Source: Actinomycetes bacterium | GTDB taxonomy: Bacteria > Actinomycetota > Actinomycetes > JACCUZ01 | Length of the DNA stretch: 64,000 nt | Direction of reading: 5' to 3' | Assembly: GCA_038246575.1 (NCBI GenBank) | Contig: JBBRVU010000002.1 | Location: forward strand, 4,613 to 68,612 | In this document: positions 33,290-42,362 of the stretch, one piece after another | How the letters are laid out: the number at the start of each line of letters is the position of its first letter | Position numbering within the stretch: the stretch's first letter is position 1 | The notes under the pieces: generated by a model | Told to the model about the DNA's origin: nothing | Databases searched by the model: none | Seen by the model: the letters and a program-made list of their open reading frames with translations, nothing else | Program-made: the position numbers and the translations under genes

Positions 33290-36285
33290 CCACCACCCGA
33301 CCAGCTGACCCAGCCCGACCCTCCCGCCGGCGCGCCGGCCGCCGCGACCGGCGCGGGGAGCTGGCGCGCGGCGCCGCAGCCATCGGGCTGCTCGTCCTGC
33401 TCGTCGCCGGGCTTCCGGTCCTGCTGCGGCGCACCGGAGGCAGCCCCCTACCGGGCGGGATGCCGTCACTGACCGGGGTGGGGGACTGGCTGCTCCAACC
33501 CGACTCCGGGGAGCTCCTGCTCTCCACATTGTTCGGCCTCGCCTGGCTCGGGTGGGCCTGGTTCACCCTCGCCGTGATCGCCGAGACCACCGCCCAGCTC
33601 CGCGGCCAGCCCCTGCCGCGGCTGCGCGGGTTCAGCGCGCCGCAGCAACTCGCGGCGCGCCTGGTCGCCGTCGCGGCCCTCGTCGTGGCGACCCCACCGG
33701 TCGCGACGTTCGCCACCGCTCCCGCCCCGGTGACCCTCGTCGCCACCGAGCTGCCGGCGACCAAGACGCCCTCGCCCCCACCCATCGCCCGCGAACAGCC
33801 CCCCGCGACGCCGCCGGTCGTGGCCGCCAGGGCGACCCCAAGCAAGGTGTATGAGGTGCAGCCCCCCCGGCACGACCGCCGGGACAGCCTGTGGGCGATC
33901 GCCGAGCGTCACCTCGGGGACCCGCTGCGATGGACCGAGATCGCGAAGCTCAACCACGGCCGTCTGCAGCCCGACGGCCACCGGCTCACCGACCCGCACT
34001 GGATCCGCCCCGGCTGGCTGCTGGCGATGCCCTCAGACGCCACCGGTCTGCCCGCGCTCACACCCCCGCCTGCGCGACACGACACGGCGGCGACGGACAA
34101 GCCCGCCCACCCAACCTCTCCGCCGCTGCCGCCGCCCGCCGATGAGGTCACACCGAACCTCGCACCCCCGGCGCCAGCCGAGGGCGCCGGAAGGTCGCCC
34201 GCGCAGAACATCGGACCAAGGCAGGCACCCTCGGCTGCGCCCCCTCGAGAACGCGCACCGGAGACCGACCGGCGCACCACCCGTCGAAGCGATCGCGATC
34301 GACCAGAGATCGCTCGGCAAGAACGCGACCAGCGGGACACCGCCGAGCAGGCCCTGCCCTTCGGCGCGCTCGTGGCCGGTGGCGGCCTGCTCGCCGCCGG
34401 GCTGGTCGCCGCCCTCGCCCAGGCCCGCACCCGCGCACGCCGACGCCGGCCCACCGGCGCCCGGGTCCCGCGACCAACACCAGGCCTTGCCGCCGCGGAG
34501 GTCCGACTTCGGGTCCTCGCCGAGCCCGATGACCGCGACTTCCTCGACCTCGCGCTGCGCTCCCTGTCCCTGCTCACCGCCCGCCGCCGCGACCACGAGA
34601 CCCCCGGGGCGGCCCTGCCCGAGCTGCTGGTCGCGCGACTCACCGCCAGCGCCCTCGAGCTGCACCTCGCCCAGCCTGCGGCAGACCCTCCCCTGCCCTA
34701 CACCGCCAACGTCGACGGTCGCATCTGGACCGTCGACAAGGAGTCCTTGCTGCCGCTGGACCGGGCGACCGCTCGCAGCGTGCTGGCCCCCTACCCCGGC
34801 CTGGTCCCGGTCGGTTACGACGACACCGCCCTGGTGCTCGTCGACCTCGAAGGCGCAGGGAGCATCGCCATCGGCGGCGACCCCGACCACGCGCGAGGAC
34901 TGCTGGCCTGGATCTGCGCCGAGCTGGCGGTGGGCAGCTGGTCGGACTACCTCGCAGCGACCGCTGTCGGGCTCCCAGCGTCGCTGTCGGGCTTGGCCAG
35001 CGACCGGCTGCAGATCGTCGCCCGGCTCGACGTCGATGTCCTCCAACAGTTCGCCAAGCGCCCGGCTCAGCGGGTGCTCGAGAGCCGGCTCGGTGACGGG
35101 ACCGACCCAGCGATGCCCGAGTTCCTGCTTCTGTCCGAGCCCCCGACCTCGGCCACCGCAGATGCCCTCGACACCCTGATGCGGCGCCGGGGACGAACCG
35201 GTGTCGGGGTCGTGGTCACCGGTGAGTATCCCGCCGCCAACTGGCACCTCAGCATCAACCCAGCCGGGCACCTCACCTTGCCGGTGCCCGGTCTCCCCGT
35301 GACCGCGAACCGTCTCGACGACCAGACAGCCGAGGTGATGACGGGTCTGCTGGTGACCGCCGATGTTCCCCTCCGCCCCGAGACGCCCACGCACGAACCG
35401 CCCCGAGCAACAGCAAAGACCTCAGCGACGCACCCCGAGACGAGACAACTCCCGCCCGAGCGGGCCGCGGACGACCCGGCTGCAGACGACCTGGACGCGG
35501 CGGTCTCGGCCTACCTCGACGTCAACCGCACCGACGTGGCGCGTATCGAGATCATGGGGCCGGTGCGGGTCCGGGCCGCCGGGCCGGTTTTTACCAACCG
35601 GGCATCAGTCTGCACAGAGCTGATCGCCTACCTCGCCGCCCATCCCCGCGGGGTGGACGAACCCGCCAAGCTCGACCTGGCGCTGTGGCCCGACCGTGCT
35701 GTCCTGACCACCACCCGAAACGAAGTCATCGCCCGAGCCCGCAAATGGCTCGGGCACGACGCGAACGGCGACCTGCACCTGCCCCACCGCCGCGACGGTT
35801 CACCACTGCGGCTCAGACCGGGCGTGCTCGTGGACTGGCACCTCTTCCAAGGCCTCGCCCGTCGCGGCCTCGCCGCCGGCGCCCACGGGACCCAGGACCT
35901 AGCGTTGGCGTTGGCGCTAGTGCGCGGCAAGCCGTTCGAGAACGTCCCCGGCACCCGGTACGCGTGGGTCGCCGAGACCTTCCTCGAACAAGACATCCCC
36001 ACCCTCGTCGTCGACGTCGCCCACACCCAGGCCCGACACCGGCTCGCCGCAGGCGATCCTGCCGCCGCCCGGGGTGCCGCCCGCAGCGGACAACGTGTGG
36101 ACCAGTACGACGAACGACTGTGGCGTGACCTACTCCTCGCCGAGCACCGGCTCGGGAACAGCCACGCTCTTCGTGTCCTGGCCGCGAACCTCGCGACCGT
36201 CCTGGAGACCGATCTCGGCGAGGATCTCGAGCCGGAGACCAGCGACCTGATCCGCCACCTTCTGCCGCGGTCACAAGCCTCCTGA
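33286..36285 (+). CDS. large membrane protein with LysM-like domain and C-terminal BTAD (bacterial transcriptional activator domain)-like helical repeats
   Basis: LysM-like segment YEVQPPRHDRRDSLWAIAERHLGDPLRWTEIAKLN...IRPGWLLAMP, Pro-rich linkers and TM segments. The C-terminus (WHLFQGL...GKPFENVPG..YAWV...RLWRDLLLAEHRLGN) resembles BTAD/TPR. Confidence 0.65.
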   Translation: MTTTRPADPARPSRRRAGRRDRRGELARGAAAIGLLVLLVAGLPVLLRRTGGSPLPGGMPSLTGVGDWLLQPDSGELLLSTLFGLAWLGWAWFTLAVIAETTAQLRGQPLPRLRGFSAPQQLAARLVAVAALVVATPPVATFATAPAPVTLVATELPATKTPSPPPIAREQPPATPPVVAARATPSKVYEVQPPRHDRRDSLWAIAERHLGDPLRWTEIAKLNHGRLQPDGHRLTDPHWIRPGWLLAMPSDATGLPALTPPPARHDTAATDKPAHPTSPPLPPPADEVTPNLAPPAPAEGAGRSPAQNIGPRQAPSAAPPRERAPETDRRTTRRSDRDRPEIARQERDQRDTAEQALPFGALVAGGGLLAAGLVAALAQARTRARRRRPTGARVPRPTPGLAAAEVRLRVLAEPDDRDFLDLALRSLSLLTARRRDHETPGAALPELLVARLTASALELHLAQPAADPPLPYTANVDGRIWTVDKESLLPLDRATARSVLAPYPGLVPVGYDDTALVLVDLEGAGSIAIGGDPDHARGLLAWICAELAVGSWSDYLAATAVGLPASLSGLASDRLQIVARLDVDVLQQFAKRPAQRVLESRLGDGTDPAMPEFLLLSEPPTSATADALDTLMRRRGRTGVGVVVTGEYPAANWHLSINPAGHLTLPVPGLPVTANRLDDQTAEVMTGLLVTADVPLRPETPTHEPPRATAKTSATHPETRQLPPERAADDPAADDLDAAVSAYLDVNRTDVARIEIMGPVRVRAAGPVFTNRASVCTELIAYLAAHPRGVDEPAKLDLALWPDRAVLTTTRNEVIARARKWLGHDANGDLHLPHRRDGSPLRLRPGVLVDWHLFQGLARRGLAAGAHGTQDLALALALVRGKPFENVPGTRYAWVAETFLEQDIPTLVVDVAHTQARHRLAAGDPAAARGAARSGQRVDQYDERLWRDLLLAEHRLGNSHALRVLAANLATVLETDLGEDLEPETSDLIRHLLPRSQAS

Positions 36286-36363
36286 GGAAAGCCGCGGGCT
36301 GGATCCGGGCAGATCAGAGCCCCGTCTCTGACCGCACGGTCGGCGCCGGGACTTTCCGGCGGC

Positions 36364-37239
36364 TCAGGTCTCGCAGACCACGCCATCGCTGTCAGAGTCG
36401 GTGTACCAGTCGTATTCCGGGTCGCTGCCTCGGTAGTAGGGGCCGTAGCCAGCGTCGATAGCGTTGTAGCAGTAGTTGAACTGTGGGTCCAGGCCGCCGG
36501 TCGACCCGCCGCCACCCGCGGACCCGCCGCCACCGGTGGAACCACCCGTGCCCGTCGAGCCAGAGGAGATCACCGGCCGGGAAGGTCTCGGCACCCGCGG
36601 CCAGCCGCACGACGCAAGCTCCGAGCGAACCGCCGAACTCTCGGCGGCGTTGACCTTCAACTGCCAGCGCCACTTCACTGCCACCCACTGAGCCACGTAC
36701 CTGCAGCTGTAGGCCGCCCGCTCAGGCATCCAGTCCTGCGGTTCCCGGTCGCTCTTCGACCTGTTGCTCGAGGCGGACACCGCGATCAGCGACGCCCGGT
36801 ACCCGAGATCGTTCGCGAACGCCTTTCGCTTCGCGGCCGACCACCGCCACGCCCCGGACTGCCATGCCTCGTTGAGAGGCACCATGTGGTCCACGTCGAA
36901 CGTCGAGGGGTCCGCGGTCCTCACCCCGTCGTACCGGGACCACCAACGGCCCCCGCTCAGCTCGCAACCGGACCGCAGCCGCGGCTTGACCACAGCTTCC
37001 TGGATGAGGACCTCGTCGCGGGCGTCGCAGCCGTCACCGTCGGCGTCTGCCCAGTGGGAGAACTTGGCCCGGTCGTACCCGGCGGTGTGCTCCCCGCCTG
37101 GGTCGAGCTGGCTGAGCATGTACCGGGTGGAGATGCTGCCCGCGGCCTGCGCGGGTGCCGCTGTCGCGGTCAAGCCGGCGACGGCCAGCAGTGGTGCGGC
37201 GGTCGCGGCAATGGCTCTGGTGAGCACAGCTGTGCGCAT
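36364..37239 (-). CDS. secreted DUF1524/His-Me-finger nuclease with C-terminal Excalibur Ca-binding domain
   Basis: Signal peptide ...TATAAPAQA-AG. DVDHMVPLNEAW and SNRSKSD motifs of the GmrSD C-terminal (DUF1524) nuclease fold. Gly/Ser linker, then NYCYNAIDAGYGPYYRGSDPEYDWYTDSDSDGVVCE (Excalibur). Confidence 0.7.
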   Translation of the reverse strand: MRTAVLTRAIAATAAPLLAVAGLTATAAPAQAAGSISTRYMLSQLDPGGEHTAGYDRAKFSHWADADGDGCDARDEVLIQEAVVKPRLRSGCELSGGRWWSRYDGVRTADPSTFDVDHMVPLNEAWQSGAWRWSAAKRKAFANDLGYRASLIAVSASSNRSKSDREPQDWMPERAAYSCRYVAQWVAVKWRWQLKVNAAESSAVRSELASCGWPRVPRPSRPVISSGSTGTGGSTGGGGSAGGGGSTGGLDPQFNYCYNAIDAGYGPYYRGSDPEYDWYTDSDSDGVVCET

Positions 37240-37492
37240 GGCGGTGTCCCCCGGCTAGATGGCGGCCCCGTAGGCGCCCGCAGCGGCAATGTCTACCGGA
37301 TCGGGGACCTTGATCACCGCAGAATGGACAAATTGCCCCCGGCACGATCTCGGCCCGTCGCTGACCTCACGGTCGCCGATGCCCGTTCCGCGTTGTGAGG
37401 TCTCAGGTGGCGCATCTGGTGAACACCACCCCGGAGGCTCGGGCTGGTCCTAGCCTGACTCGGACGTACCTACCTACATTTCGGGGGATCTG

Positions 37493-37777
37493 ATGCACCG
37501 TCCCAAGGGTGCCGGGCTGGCCGTGGCGGTGGGGCTCATCGTCGCTACCGCCGTCGTCGCGGTCCCGGCTCAGGCCCACTCCACAGGCATCCACGACAAC
37601 TGCACCAACCTCAACAAGACGTGGCCGCACGGGCTCGGCACACGCAGCGCTGTGGACAAGACCAGCGGTACCCGCGTCACCAACTTCACCAGGAACAATG
37701 ACGCCTACAGGCGTGCCGAGCGGCACAACGGTGACCTGGACCGGGACAGCGACCGCATCGCCTGCGAGAAGCGGTAA
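37493..37777 (+). CDS. small secreted Excalibur-domain protein
   Basis: Signal peptide ...AVPAQA-HS, then NCTNLNKTWPHG...YRRAERHNGDLDRDSDRIACE (DxDxDGxxCE-type calcium-binding motif). Confidence 0.6.
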   Translation: MHRPKGAGLAVAVGLIVATAVVAVPAQAHSTGIHDNCTNLNKTWPHGLGTRSAVDKTSGTRVTNFTRNNDAYRRAERHNGDLDRDSDRIACEKR

Positions 37778-37824
37778 ATCCGAAACGAACCGTCCCACCG
37801 TCGCCGCCTGGCAGGCTGGTCGGT

Positions 37825-38064
37825 GTGAAGCACGGCGGAGGGTGGGCTTACTCCGAGCGCGGTTGTCGCTGCGCGGAGTGCGTCGAGGCGTGGAATGCCC
37901 GCAACCGTGAGATGCGGGCACGGCGCGCAGAAATGGTCGCGGACCGCGCCGACCTCGAGCACGGCACCCGCTCGACGTACTCCAACCACGGCTGTCGATG
38001 CGACGCGTGTGTGGACGCCCAACGCCAGAGCAACAGGGCACGGCCAAGTCGGGCTAGGACGTGA
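37825..38064 (+). CDS. small Cys-rich protein with two GCRCxxC repeats
   Basis: ERGCRCAECVEAWN and NHGCRCDACVDAQR. This repeat type occurs in small proteins of actinobacterial plasmids, phages and ICEs. GTG start. Confidence 0.5.
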   Translation: MKHGGGWAYSERGCRCAECVEAWNARNREMRARRAEMVADRADLEHGTRSTYSNHGCRCDACVDAQRQSNRARPSRART

Positions 38065-38102
38065 GTGATCGGCCCCACGGCGACGTGTCGAGGTCAGTTC
38101 AT

Positions 38103-39044
38103 CTAGGGCTGGATTCCGATGTGGATGTGGTCTTGGTGGACTGCGTTGGTGAAGGTGCCGGGCTGCACCAGGTCGGGCCAGGGTTGCCCGATCTCGTATC
38201 GGGTGCCGGCGAGTAGCGCTTGGAGTTCGCGGACCACGCTCCGTGCACCTGGGTTGACTCGGCTGACGGGTCGTCCGTCGATGCTCATGAGGTCCGCCCC
38301 GCGTCCGTAGTAGTGGGTGCTGATGAGCGCACCTGGGCCGGCGGCGGTGACGATCATCTTCGGATGCCCGGTCTTGAACCCGCCGATTGAGAGGCTGTGT
38401 CGCTGCAGCAGTACTGCGAGTGCCGCGGTCAGGCGGGCATCCACGACGCCAGCGACGAGGTCGGTTCGGGCGTAGGGGGAGAGGGTCAGTCGCGGGTGCT
38501 GCAGCAGCGCCAGCGTGTCGGCCGGCGCGATGCCTGTCTCGTACGCCGCCGCCTGCGCCAGGACCTGCCGGACGTACCAGTCGGCCGGGTTGTACGCGAA
38601 CACCGCGTCGGAGAGGCGTCGTGGGTTCCCGGCGCCGCTTGCACACAGGTAGCTCGCGGCACCGAAGATCGCGTCGGCCGGGTCGTACCGGTCGGTGCGC
38701 CCGTCCTGGTTGGCATCGACTCCGTAGGCGTCCCAGGTGGCGGCGAGGAACTGCATCGGTCCGCCCGCGCCTGCGGCGTTCTCCCCGGAGGCCACGCCGG
38801 GGGCGGGGGAGCGGCCGTGGTCGCTCTCGATCTTGCCGATGGCGGCGAGCACCGCCCAGGGCAGACCGGGGCAGGTGGTGGCGGCGCCCCGCTGGTAGAG
38901 CGCGAGCAGGTCCGCGGGGATGTCGGCCACCGCAGCCGCGGCGGGTTGCTGCGCCGCGGTGCCGGAGACCGCGGCGGCCACCAGTGCGAGGAGGGCGAGC
39001 GGTCCGGCGACGCCCGCTACCAGCAGTGCCGCCAGCTTCTTCAT
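38103..39044 (-). CDS. secreted cell-wall hydrolase: lytic transglycosylase (SLT) domain fused to M15/VanY-like zinc peptidase domain
   Basis: SLT motifs IGKIESDHG, GPMQFLAATW, AASYL and AYNPADWY. C-terminal STHYYGRGADL...HQDHIHIG (HxxxxxxD...HxH zinc ligands). Start ATG 39044 (MKKLAALLVAG) with a GGAGAGG RBS. Confidence 0.8.
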   Translation of the reverse strand: MKKLAALLVAGVAGPLALLALVAAAVSGTAAQQPAAAAVADIPADLLALYQRGAATTCPGLPWAVLAAIGKIESDHGRSPAPGVASGENAAGAGGPMQFLAATWDAYGVDANQDGRTDRYDPADAIFGAASYLCASGAGNPRRLSDAVFAYNPADWYVRQVLAQAAAYETGIAPADTLALLQHPRLTLSPYARTDLVAGVVDARLTAALAVLLQRHSLSIGGFKTGHPKMIVTAAGPGALISTHYYGRGADLMSIDGRPVSRVNPGARSVVRELQALLAGTRYEIGQPWPDLVQPGTFTNAVHQDHIHIGIQP

Positions 39045-39096
39045 CCGCTCGCCTCTCCAGTCCCCCCGGCTTGAGCCGCACACGTTGCTGCCGGAG

Positions 39097-39184
39097 GTTG
39101 TCCGCACCGTTGTCCGCGCCCTCCGCGCAGGTTGTCCGGCGAGGACTTGGGGCCGGGTCGGGTCCGGCCAATGTTGCGGACAAC
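39097..39184. promoter_or_regulatory. cluster of four GTTGTCCG/CGGACAAC boxes in a divergent promoter region
   Basis: GTTGTCCG at 39097, 39109 and 39131 (direct) and CGGACAAC at 39177 (inverted), between the hydrolase gene (-) and the T4SS operon (+). Confidence 0.6.
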
Positions 39185-39238
39185 GTCCGCGCCGACCCTG
39201 GGTGCTGACAACAGCGGCCTTGACTTGAAGGAGCCCCG

Positions 39239-39571
39239 ATGATCTCCACAGTTGCCCTTGACGTCCTCACGTCCGGCGCGGTGGGCCACCTCCTCGCGGA
39301 CGTCAGCACCCGCCCGGACCCCAACGGGCTGCCGGGCGGTGCGGCGCTGCAGAAGCTGTTGAACGGTCTGGTGTTCCTCGGCCTGCTGGGCTGTGTCGCC
39401 GCCGTGGTCGCCGGCGGGGCGACCTGGTTTGCCGGGGCGCAGGCCGGGAACTTCACGGCCTCGGTCGGCGGGCGCCGCGCGGTGCTCGCCGGGATGGTCG
39501 GCGCGCTGGTGATCGGCGCGGCGGCCGCGATCGTCAACTTCTTCTTCGACGCCGGCTCGGCCGTCCGATGA
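39239..39571 (+). CDS. small membrane protein (VirB2/TrbC-analogue candidate, DUF6112-like)
   Basis: 110 aa with two to three hydrophobic helices. First gene of the T4SS operon, with a GGAG RBS. Family assignment is from memory only. Confidence 0.5.
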   Translation: MISTVALDVLTSGAVGHLLADVSTRPDPNGLPGGAALQKLLNGLVFLGLLGCVAAVVAGGATWFAGAQAGNFTASVGGRRAVLAGMVGALVIGAAAAIVNFFFDAGSAVR

Positions 39572-40794
39572 TCCCCGAGTTGGCCGATGTCGCTGCGCTC
39601 CCGGCGGACCTCGCCTTGCAGTTGCAGACCGGGCTCTGTGACGGGCCAGGTTCGGTGGTGGTGGCGGCCTGCAACCTTCCCCTGCCCCTGCCCGGCGGGG
39701 TTGGGGCGGTGACCGACAGCATCACCGGTGGCCTCGGTGACGCCGCAATGCGGGGGCTGACCGGGTTCGTCGTGGACGGGGCGGTGTGGCTGATCGGGCA
39801 GGTCGCCACCGCGGTGACCGCGTCCACGCAGGTGCGGGTCCAGGCGGGCTGGTTCGCCGGGCACTACCAGCAAATGACCGGCATCGCCGCCGTGTTCACC
39901 GCCGCCTTCCTGCTGCTCACCGCGGCGTCGACGATGCTGCACCGCGACCCGGCGCGACTGGGCCGCGCCGTCGGCATGGTCGCCGCCGCCGGCCTGGGAA
40001 CCGGCGCGGTGCTGGTGATCACCGACCTGCTGCTCGCCGTGTCCGACCAGCTCTCCGCGACGGTCGCGCGCGGCATGGCCGGTGACCTGCGCACAGCGCT
40101 GACCGGCGCCGCCGACGGACTCGGATCGCTGATCCTGCCCACCGCGCCGGCAACCGGGGCGGGGGTGCCGCTGTTCGCGGTGCTACTCGCGGGCCTGCTG
40201 GCCGCCGCGGCGGCGGTGGTGATCTGGGTCGAGCTGCTGCTGCGCGAGGTCGCCCTCTACGCCGTCGTGCTGTTCTTCCCCCTCGCCCTGGCCGGGCTCG
40301 CGTGGGAACCGGCCCGGGCGTGGGCGCGCCGGCTCGCCGAGCTGCTCGGCGCGCTGATCTTCGCCAAGTTCGTCATCGTCGCCGTGCTCTCCCTCGCTGC
40401 CGGCGGCCTCGCCTCCGGCGGGGACCAGGACGCCGGTGGGTTCGGCGGTGTACTGGCCGGCGCGGCCCTGTTGGTGGTGGCCGCTTTCTCCCCGTTCCTG
40501 CTGCTGCGCCTCGTCGGGGTCATGGAGGTCGCTGCGGCCGCCACCATGCTCGAGGGCACCCGCGCGCGCGGCACCCGCCCGATCGTCACCGGCGCCCGGA
40601 CCGCCATGTATGCGGCGGCACGCCACCACGGCCCTTCCGCCTCTTCGGCGCGCGGCATGGGCGCGATCACGGTCGCCGGCGCCGGCGCGCCGTGGGCCGC
40701 CGCCGCAGCCGCTGCCCGACCACCCATCCCGCTGGGACCCGCCACCGCCGCGTCCGCGTCCCTGGCCGGGCACCGCTCGGCGAGAGGAGCCTGA
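39568..40794 (+). CDS. polytopic membrane protein (VirB6/TrbL-like channel candidate)
   Basis: ATGA overlap with the upstream gene. At least six hydrophobic helices and an Ala/Gly-rich tail. Confidence 0.55.
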   Translation: MIPELADVAALPADLALQLQTGLCDGPGSVVVAACNLPLPLPGGVGAVTDSITGGLGDAAMRGLTGFVVDGAVWLIGQVATAVTASTQVRVQAGWFAGHYQQMTGIAAVFTAAFLLLTAASTMLHRDPARLGRAVGMVAAAGLGTGAVLVITDLLLAVSDQLSATVARGMAGDLRTALTGAADGLGSLILPTAPATGAGVPLFAVLLAGLLAAAAAVVIWVELLLREVALYAVVLFFPLALAGLAWEPARAWARRLAELLGALIFAKFVIVAVLSLAAGGLASGGDQDAGGFGGVLAGAALLVVAAFSPFLLLRLVGVMEVAAAATMLEGTRARGTRPIVTGARTAMYAAARHHGPSASSARGMGAITVAGAGAPWAAAAAAARPPIPLGPATAASASLAGHRSARGA

Positions 40795-40796
40795 CT

Positions 40797-42362
40797 GTGA
40801 CCTCCACCGCCACCACCTCACCGATCGACGACACGATCCCGCCGGTACCCAGCTCCACCGGCAGCCGGGCGGGCTTCGTGTTCGGGCCGCGGGAGACCCG
40901 CGGGTTGCTGCTTGGGCTGCGCGGCCCGCAGCTGGCCGCGATCCTGGGCGGCCTCGCCGCGGTGGCCGCCGGACTCAACCGCGGGCCGCTCGGTGTCCTG
41001 CTCGGCCTGGGGGTCGCCGCGTTCGCGGTGGTCGCGGCATTCTGGCCGGTGGCCGGTCGCACCGTGTTGGAGTGGGCGCCGGTCGCCCTGGGCTACGCCG
41101 CGCAGCGCGCGATCGGCCAGGCCAGCTACCGGCACCCGCTCACACCGGCCCCGGACCTGCCCGGCCCGCTCACCGCCCTGACGATCCACGCCGTCCCGGT
41201 CCAGGGCCAGGCTGCGGGAACGGTGATCGGGGTCGTCGAGGATCGACGGCGCGGCACCCTGGGCGCGGTCGCCGCCGTCACCGGGGCGCAGGCACTGGCC
41301 CTGCTCGACCCCGCCGACGCCGACCGGCGGATCAGCGGGTGGGGCAGCGTGCTGGCCGGGTTGGCCCGGGACGGCTCGCCGGTCCGGGGGCTGCAGTGGG
41401 TGGCCCGCACCGTCCCCGACCCGGGCGGGGACCTGTCCCGGTTCTGGGCGCAGGCCAGCGCGTCGGGTCGGGCGGGGCTGCCGACGGCCGCAGCGTCCTA
41501 CCGGGCGCTCCTGGACACCCTGGGCGACACCGGGGGCGGCAGCGGGCTGTGGCGCCACGAGGTGTACGTCGCGGTGACGGTCGACGCCCGCAGCGGCCAG
41601 CGGCGGCGCGCCCGCGGCGGTAGCCATCGCGACCCGTATGGCGTGCTGCTCCGGGAAGTCGCCGCGCTGCAGGACCGCCTCGCCCAGTGCGAGCTCGAGG
41701 TGGCCGGCTGGCTGCCCCCGCCCGCCCTGGCCCGGGTGCTGCGCGAGGCCTACGAACCCGCCGTCACCCGAGCCCGCGACGCCCGCGAACCCGAGCAGTC
41801 CGAACAGTTCGAGCAGATCGAGTCCGCGGTGGATCCGGCCGGCTGGGGGCCGATGGCCACCACCAACACCTGGACCTGTTTCCGCTCCGAGGACGCCTGG
41901 CACGCCACCTACTGGATCTGCGAGTGGCCCCGCAGCCCCGTCGGTGGGGACTTCCTCACCCCACTGCTCGCCGCCCCCTGCGCGTCCGGCGTGCGGCGCA
42001 CCGTCAGCGTGCTCGCGGAGCCGGTCGACCCGCGCGCCGCCGCCCGGGCCACTGCGTCCGCCCGGACCGCGGAGGCCGCGAACCAGGCGCTGCGGGACCG
42101 GGTCGGGCAGCTCACCACCGAACGCACCCGCGCCGAGGCCGCCGACGTCGCCCGCCGCGAACGCGAACTGGTGCAAGGACACGGCGACTACCGCTTCCTC
42201 GGGCTGCTTACTGTCACAGCCCTCACCGCGCAGGCATTGGACGATGCGTGCGGGCAGGCCGAGCACGACGCGCACACCGCCGGGCTGGAGGTCCGCCGCC
42301 TCTACGGCGAGCAGGACCAGGCCTTCGCCGCCACTCTCCCCCTCGCCCGGGGCCTGCGATGA
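40797..42362 (+). CDS. SCO6880-family-like conjugation protein (VirB3/PrgI-analogue region plus cytoplasmic domain)
   Basis: FVFGPRETRGLLLGLRGPQLAAILGGLAAVAA, followed by two TM helices and a large soluble domain. Always precedes the VirB4-like ATPase in actinobacterial T4SS ICEs (from memory). Confidence 0.55.
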   Translation: MTSTATTSPIDDTIPPVPSSTGSRAGFVFGPRETRGLLLGLRGPQLAAILGGLAAVAAGLNRGPLGVLLGLGVAAFAVVAAFWPVAGRTVLEWAPVALGYAAQRAIGQASYRHPLTPAPDLPGPLTALTIHAVPVQGQAAGTVIGVVEDRRRGTLGAVAAVTGAQALALLDPADADRRISGWGSVLAGLARDGSPVRGLQWVARTVPDPGGDLSRFWAQASASGRAGLPTAAASYRALLDTLGDTGGGSGLWRHEVYVAVTVDARSGQRRRARGGSHRDPYGVLLREVAALQDRLAQCELEVAGWLPPPALARVLREAYEPAVTRARDAREPEQSEQFEQIESAVDPAGWGPMATTNTWTCFRSEDAWHATYWICEWPRSPVGGDFLTPLLAAPCASGVRRTVSVLAEPVDPRAAARATASARTAEAANQALRDRVGQLTTERTRAEAADVARRERELVQGHGDYRFLGLLTVTALTAQALDDACGQAEHDAHTAGLEVRRLYGEQDQAFAATLPLARGLR

